Shown here: positions 59,948-64,000 of the stretch, in pieces
Position numbering within the stretch: position 1 is the first letter of the stretch
Layout of the letters: every line of letters begins with the position of its first letter
Source of the DNA: Acidimicrobiales bacterium
Lineage (GTDB): Bacteria > Actinomycetota > Acidimicrobiia > Acidimicrobiales > Bog-793
Reading direction: 5' to 3'
Length of the DNA stretch: 64,000 nt
Assembly: GCA_035534715.1 (NCBI GenBank)
Contig: DATLRJ010000138.1
Span: forward strand, 37,266-101,265
Made by a program: the position numbers and the translations under genes
Notes under the pieces: generated by a model
What the model saw: only the letters and a program-made list of their open reading frames with translations
Database searches by the model: none
Told to the model about the DNA's origin: nothing

Positions 59948-62458
59948 ATGACCCACGCCTTCGAGGCGGAACTCGACGCCCTGACGCTCGAGGAGAAGAT
60001 CTCGCTCGTGTCGGGGACCGACATGTGGCACACGGCCGAGGTTCCGCGCCTCGGCGTCCCCGCGCTCTGGATGAGCGACGGTCCGAACGGCGTGCGAGGA
60101 ACGCAGTTCTCGGGGTCGACGACCTCGGTGTGCTTCCCATGCGGCGCCGCGCTCGGCGCGACGTTCGACCCGGAGCTCGTCGAGCAGGTCGGCGCGGCGC
60201 TCGGGCGCGAGGCGCGAGCGATGGGGGTTCACGTGCTTCTCGGGCCCACGATCAACATCTCACGCCTGCCCGTGGCCGGCCGGAACTTCGAGTGCTTCTC
60301 GGAGGACCCGAAGCTCGCGTCGCTGCTCGCGGCGGCGTACGTGCGCGGCGTCCAGTCCGAGCACGTCGCGGCCGTCGCGAAGCACTTCGTCTGCAACGAC
60401 TCGGAGCACGAGCGGTACACGACGAGCTCGGACGTCGACGAGCGAGCGCTCCGTGAGGTGTACCTCGCCCCGTTCCACGCAGCAGTCGTCGACGCGGACG
60501 TGTGGGCGGTCATGAGCGGCTACAACCGGGTGAACGGCGTCGCGGCCTGCGAGCACGAGGAGCTGCTCCGTGGAGTGCTGAAGGGCGAGTGGGGCTTCAC
60601 CGGACCGGTGCTCTCCGACTGGTACGGCACGACGAGCACGGTCGCTTCGGCGCTCGGGGGGCTCGACGTGGAGATGCCCGGGCCGTCGATGCGCTGGGGA
60701 CCGAAGCTGCTCCGGGAGGTGCGCGACGGGGTCGTCCCACCCTCGGTGCTCGACGACAAGGTGCGGCGTCTGCTCCGGCTCGCCTCCCGCGTCGCTGACC
60801 GACCGGAGCCCGGGCGCTACGTGTCGCCCGCTCCGCTCATCCGGCGTGTCGCCGCGGAGGCGACCGTGCTCCTGCGGAACGAGGGCGCGGTGCTCCCGCT
60901 CGACCCGGAGCGGCTCCGGACGGTCGCGGTCATCGGGCCGAACGCGAGCCGTGTGCAGCTCCACGGAGGCGGGAGCGCACGCGTCAACGCGCCGTACGTG
61001 GTCTCGCCGCTGGAGGCCGTCCGGCGCCGGTGCGGGGACACGACCGAGGTCGTGTACGAGCCCGGCTGTCGTATCGAACGGGCGCTTCCCCTTCTCGATG
61101 CCCGGAGCCTCGCGGGCACCTCCCAGCTCGTAGCGGAGCCCGTGACGGTCGAGTACTTCGACAGCCTCGAGCTCGACGGCGTGCCCGTCGCGACCGAGCA
61201 CGCCCCCGGGTTCAACTTCGCATGGAACGGGCCGCCCCTCCCGGCCCTCACCGTCGGCAAGTTCTCGGCGCGGCTGCGCGCCACGTTGCACCCCGGGGCG
61301 AGCGGCATCGGCCGGCTCGGCATGCTCGGCGTCGGGCGGACCAGGCTCCTCGTCGACGGCAGGATCGTGGTCGACAACTGGGACGAGCCGGTCGTCGCGC
61401 CGATGCTGTTCGGGCGCGGGGCGGGCCAGCTGGCGGTCGACCTCCCGCTCGAAGCGGGCCGTCCGGTCGAGGTGGAAGTGGAGTTCCAGGCGCCGGACGA
61501 GGCCCTCGCGCGCCGGGCGCTCGAGATGTCGCCCGCGCCGCCGACCGAGAAGGAGAACCGCGCCTTCGGTCCGGCCGGCGTCAGCGTCGGCTACCTCGCG
61601 CCCGGTGCCCGCGACCTGCTCGCTCGAGCGGAGCGCGCCACGGTCGGCGCCGACGCGGTCGTGGTGGTCGTCGGCGTGAACGAGGACTGGGAGAGCGAGG
61701 GGTTCGACCGGGACTCGATGTCGCTCCCCGGGGAGCAGGACGAGCTCATCGCGCGCGTCGCGTCCGCGCACCCGCGAGTCGTCGTCGTCGTGAACGCCGG
61801 CTCACCGGTCGCGATGCCGTGGGCAGGCGACGTGGCGGCGATCCTCCAGCTCTGGCTGCCGGGACAGGAGGCGGGCAGTGCGCTCGCGGACGTGCTGTTC
61901 GGGGACGTCAACCCGTCGGCGCGGCTCCCGGTGACCGTCCCGTACGAGCTCGCGGACAGCGGGGCGGCTGCGGGCTACCCGGCGGCCGGCGGGCGGCTCG
62001 CGTACGCCGACGGGATCAACGTCGGCTACCGGCACTTCGACGCGACCGGGACGGAGCCGAGATACTGCTTCGGGCACGGTCTCAGCTACACCTCGTTCTC
62101 CTACGGCTCCGCCGAGGTGTCTTCGGACGAGGACGGCGCGCCGGTCGTCGCCGTCGAGGTGGAGAACGTCGGCGCGCGTGACGGCGCGGAAGTCGTGCAG
62201 TGCTACGTCTCGGCGATCGCGCCGAGCGTCGAGCGTCCGCCACGCGAGCTCCGCGGGGTCGCGAAGCTGCGCCTCGCCCCCGGCGAGCGCGCGATCGCGC
62301 GGTTCGTGCTCGACGCGGCCGCCTTCTCCTACTGGAATGCGTCAGCACACCGGTGGGCCGTCGACGCAGGTGAGTACGAGGTCGCGCTCGCGGCGTCGTC
62401 GCGCGACGTACGTTCAGTCACCACGCTGCGTGTCGACGCCAACGCTCGGATCGCCTAG
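59948..62458 (+). CDS. glycoside hydrolase family 3 beta-glucosidase
   Basis: The protein is 836 aa. It carries MSDGPNGVRG, KHFVCNDSEHERY and GFTGPVLSDWYG (nucleophile Asp region). The C-terminal FnIII-like region reads FGHGLSYTSFSY. Confidence 0.9.
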   Translation: MTHAFEAELDALTLEEKISLVSGTDMWHTAEVPRLGVPALWMSDGPNGVRGTQFSGSTTSVCFPCGAALGATFDPELVEQVGAALGREARAMGVHVLLGPTINISRLPVAGRNFECFSEDPKLASLLAAAYVRGVQSEHVAAVAKHFVCNDSEHERYTTSSDVDERALREVYLAPFHAAVVDADVWAVMSGYNRVNGVAACEHEELLRGVLKGEWGFTGPVLSDWYGTTSTVASALGGLDVEMPGPSMRWGPKLLREVRDGVVPPSVLDDKVRRLLRLASRVADRPEPGRYVSPAPLIRRVAAEATVLLRNEGAVLPLDPERLRTVAVIGPNASRVQLHGGGSARVNAPYVVSPLEAVRRRCGDTTEVVYEPGCRIERALPLLDARSLAGTSQLVAEPVTVEYFDSLELDGVPVATEHAPGFNFAWNGPPLPALTVGKFSARLRATLHPGASGIGRLGMLGVGRTRLLVDGRIVVDNWDEPVVAPMLFGRGAGQLAVDLPLEAGRPVEVEVEFQAPDEALARRALEMSPAPPTEKENRAFGPAGVSVGYLAPGARDLLARAERATVGADAVVVVVGVNEDWESEGFDRDSMSLPGEQDELIARVASAHPRVVVVVNAGSPVAMPWAGDVAAILQLWLPGQEAGSALADVLFGDVNPSARLPVTVPYELADSGAAAGYPAAGGRLAYADGINVGYRHFDATGTEPRYCFGHGLSYTSFSYGSAEVSSDEDGAPVVAVEVENVGARDGAEVVQCYVSAIAPSVERPPRELRGVAKLRLAPGERAIARFVLDAAAFSYWNASAHRWAVDAGEYEVALAASSRDVRSVTTLRVDANARIA

Positions 62459-62670
62459 CGGCCGGGACGGGCGGCCCCGTGCTGCGCAGCGCGGTCACAT
62501 GCATCATCAGTGCACCCTGGCGCATCCAGTTGATCTAGACTCCCTCGTATGCGGAGTGCACCTCACCGTCCGCACGTGGTCCGGACGTACGCGGTGCGCG
62601 CATCGGGGGACGTGTGCACCGTCCGTGGCCCGAGCGGCGGTGGTGGATCTAGGGGAAGCGAGCTGCTCGC

Positions 62671-63009
62671 ATGACACACGTACAGGTGCATGTCGGCCCA
62701 CACGGTCGCATCGTCATCCCGGCGGAGTTCCGGCGCGTACTGAACATGGAGCCGGGGGCGACGCTCGTCGCGTACGTGTCGGACGGGAACCGTCTCGTCC
62801 TCGAGGACCAGCGCTCGCATATCGCTCGCCTTCGCGGCGCGTGGCGGCACCTCGTGCCCACGGGACGCGACCCGATCGCGGAGCTCGAGGCCGAGCGGGC
62901 CGCGGAGGCGCACCTCGACGCGGCCGAGGCGGCCGGCGACCTCGAGGCCGCGCAGCGCGCACGGCGGGAGCTCGCCCAGACGTCGCACGGCTCGGGCGCG
63001 CTGCATTGA
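62671..63009 (+). CDS. AbrB/MazE/SpoVT-family antitoxin (VapB-like)
   Basis: The protein is 112 aa. Its swapped-hairpin motif reads VGPHGRIVIPAEFRRVLNMEPGATLVAYVSDGNRLVLE. It forms a TTGA overlap with the PIN gene. Confidence 0.75.
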   Translation: MTHVQVHVGPHGRIVIPAEFRRVLNMEPGATLVAYVSDGNRLVLEDQRSHIARLRGAWRHLVPTGRDPIAELEAERAAEAHLDAAEAAGDLEAAQRARRELAQTSHGSGALH

Positions 63010-63458
63010 GCATCGTCCTCGACGCGTCGGCCTGGCTCGCCTACCTGCTCGACGAGCCTGCCGCGGGAGCGGTCGAAGACCTCGTCGTCGGCGGGGCGGT
63101 GATGTCGGCGGTGAACCTCGCGGAAGTGTGCTCCCGCCTCGCGGACGTGCGGCGGGATGTCGCGACGGTCCTCGAACGGGCCGCAGCCGCGCTCTCGCGG
63201 AGCGAGGAGCCGCGCTTCGTGACGAGCGGCCTGCCCGTGCTCCCTGAGACGGTGGAGGTCATGCCCTTCACGGAGGCCGATGCCTGGACGGTTGGAGCGC
63301 TCCGCCTCGCGACCCGGGACAGCGGTCTGTCGCTCGGCGACCGGGCGTGCCTCGCGCTCGCGCGGCGCCTCAACACGTCGGTCGTGACGACGAACAAGGC
63401 CTGGTTGGACCTCGACCCGGTCGCGACCGGCGTCGACGTCATCGTCGTCCCGCTGTAA
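63006..63458 (+). CDS. vapC: PIN-domain ribonuclease toxin (VapC-like)
   Basis: The protein is 150 aa from TTG 63006. It reads SIVLDASAWLAYLLDEP (first acidic residue) ... NLAEV ... LSLGDRACLALARRL ... VVTTNKAW. The 426-aa ORF-track entry is extended at its N-terminus. Confidence 0.75.
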   Translation: MSIVLDASAWLAYLLDEPAAGAVEDLVVGGAVMSAVNLAEVCSRLADVRRDVATVLERAAAALSRSEEPRFVTSGLPVLPETVEVMPFTEADAWTVGALRLATRDSGLSLGDRACLALARRLNTSVVTTNKAWLDLDPVATGVDVIVVPL

Positions 63459-63622
63459 TCGCGACCGCGGGCGATCGCCCGCTCGGCTCCTCGACTCACC
63501 GCGTGCACGCGCCGTTAGGTCGGCGACGGGGGAGGCGCGAGCGCGGCCCGAGTCGAGCGCGCTAGCGACCCGCCCGTCACGGGCCGCCGGACCGACCGGA
63601 GGCATCGAGAGGGGAGTTGACG

Positions 63623-64000
63623 GTGCACAGCAGAGCGCGCAGGGTCGTCGCGGCGGGCGTGGTGGCGGCTACGTTCGGCGGAGGTGGGTTCCTCCTCGTC
63701 GGAGGCGGTGCCGTGTCGTCGGCGTCGCCGCACGACGGGGGCCAGCAGAATCATGACGTGACGCTGGTCCTCACGCCGACCGCTGGGGGTGCGACGACTT
63801 CCGTCGGGATCTCGAGCTACGACTTCACCGAAGCGGTCGCGGCGAACATCGGCTCGCAGTCCAGCGGGGCCGGAGCAGGCAAGGTCACGTTCAACCCGCT
63901 CGTCGTGACCGTGCCGCTCGGGGAGGCGGCTGCGTCGGCTCTCGCGACCGGATCCTCCGACACCTTCGCGAGCGCGCAGCTCACGGTTCCCGGCGCGCAC
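63623..64000 (+). CDS. secreted protein, 5' part only, with an Hcp/T6SS-tube-like sequence pattern
   Basis: The frame starts at GTG 63623, after gagaggggag, and stays open to the window end. The signal-like N-terminus is VHSRARRVVAAGVVAATFGGGGFLLVGGGAVSSA. It continues VTLVLTP...ISSYDFT...SSGAGAGKVTFNPLVVTVPLGEAAASAL. It is absent from the ORF track because it has no stop. Confidence 0.4.
   Translation, partial: MHSRARRVVAAGVVAATFGGGGFLLVGGGAVSSASPHDGGQQNHDVTLVLTPTAGGATTSVGISSYDFTEAVAANIGSQSSGAGAGKVTFNPLVVTVPLGEAAASALATGSSDTFASAQLTVPGAH

Noticed and set aside
1-64000. A search by eye for rRNA, tRNA, CRISPR arrays, riboswitch-like leaders and large dispersed repeats.
   Set aside because: I recognised none. 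The only repeats seen are the short tandem or inverted repeats listed above. A covariance-model scan would be needed to exclude small RNAs.

Overview
This is a very GC-rich window of roughly 70% GC by eye, with a monoderm, Actinomycetota-like gene style. Antisense ORFs up to 1474 aa are common and I treat them as GC artefacts. All calls rest on motifs read from the translations, gene order and start/stop geometry, because no BLAST or HMM search was possible. About 22 gene junctions are 4-nt GTGA/ATGA/TTGA start-stop overlaps. I used these to place true starts inside the over-long ORF-track entries.

Content from left to right:

- (1) 1-2304: the flhA gene and the 5' end of a probable flhF (minus strand).
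- (2) 2431-28395: a ~26-kb sugar-biosynthesis and glycosyltransferase island. It holds a CDP-3,6-dideoxyhexose module (ddhA/B/C-like), a YerE-like ThDP enzyme, methyltransferases, and a CMP-ulosonate module (NeuA-like plus a CBS-NeuB-SAF-TIM-barrel fusion). It also holds oxidoreductases and four large multi-domain glycosyltransferases, one of 1478 aa.
- (3) 28396-32746: the filament module, read divergently from the island. It comprises a sigma-28-like promoter, a structured leader, a minimal 277-aa flagellin, fliD, fliS and a small ORF.
- (4) 32738-34150: a class-I methyltransferase.
- (5) 34240-49871: one long minus-strand flagellar operon, in transcription order flgB-flgC-fliE-fliF-fliG-fliH-fliI-fliJ-(NlpC/P60+SLT hydrolase)-fliK-flgD-flgE-fliM-fliN-fliO-fliP-fliQ-fliR-flhB.
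- (6) 49996-52360: an MFS exporter followed by a MerR regulator in one minus-strand pair.
- (7) 52482-62458: a LacI-controlled Opp-type ABC transporter with a GH3 beta-glucosidase, preceded by a near-consensus promoter and two tandem palindromic operators.
- (8) 62671-63458: a VapBC-type toxin-antitoxin pair.
- (9) 63623-64000: the start of a secreted protein with an Hcp-like motif.

I recognised no rRNA, tRNA, CRISPR array, transposase or integrase.

The most interesting candidate system is the flagellin-adjacent glycosylation island. It appears to combine a CDP-dideoxyhexose/ThDP branched-sugar route with a nonulosonate-type synthase and CMP-activation route. It contains no amino-sugar enzymes.
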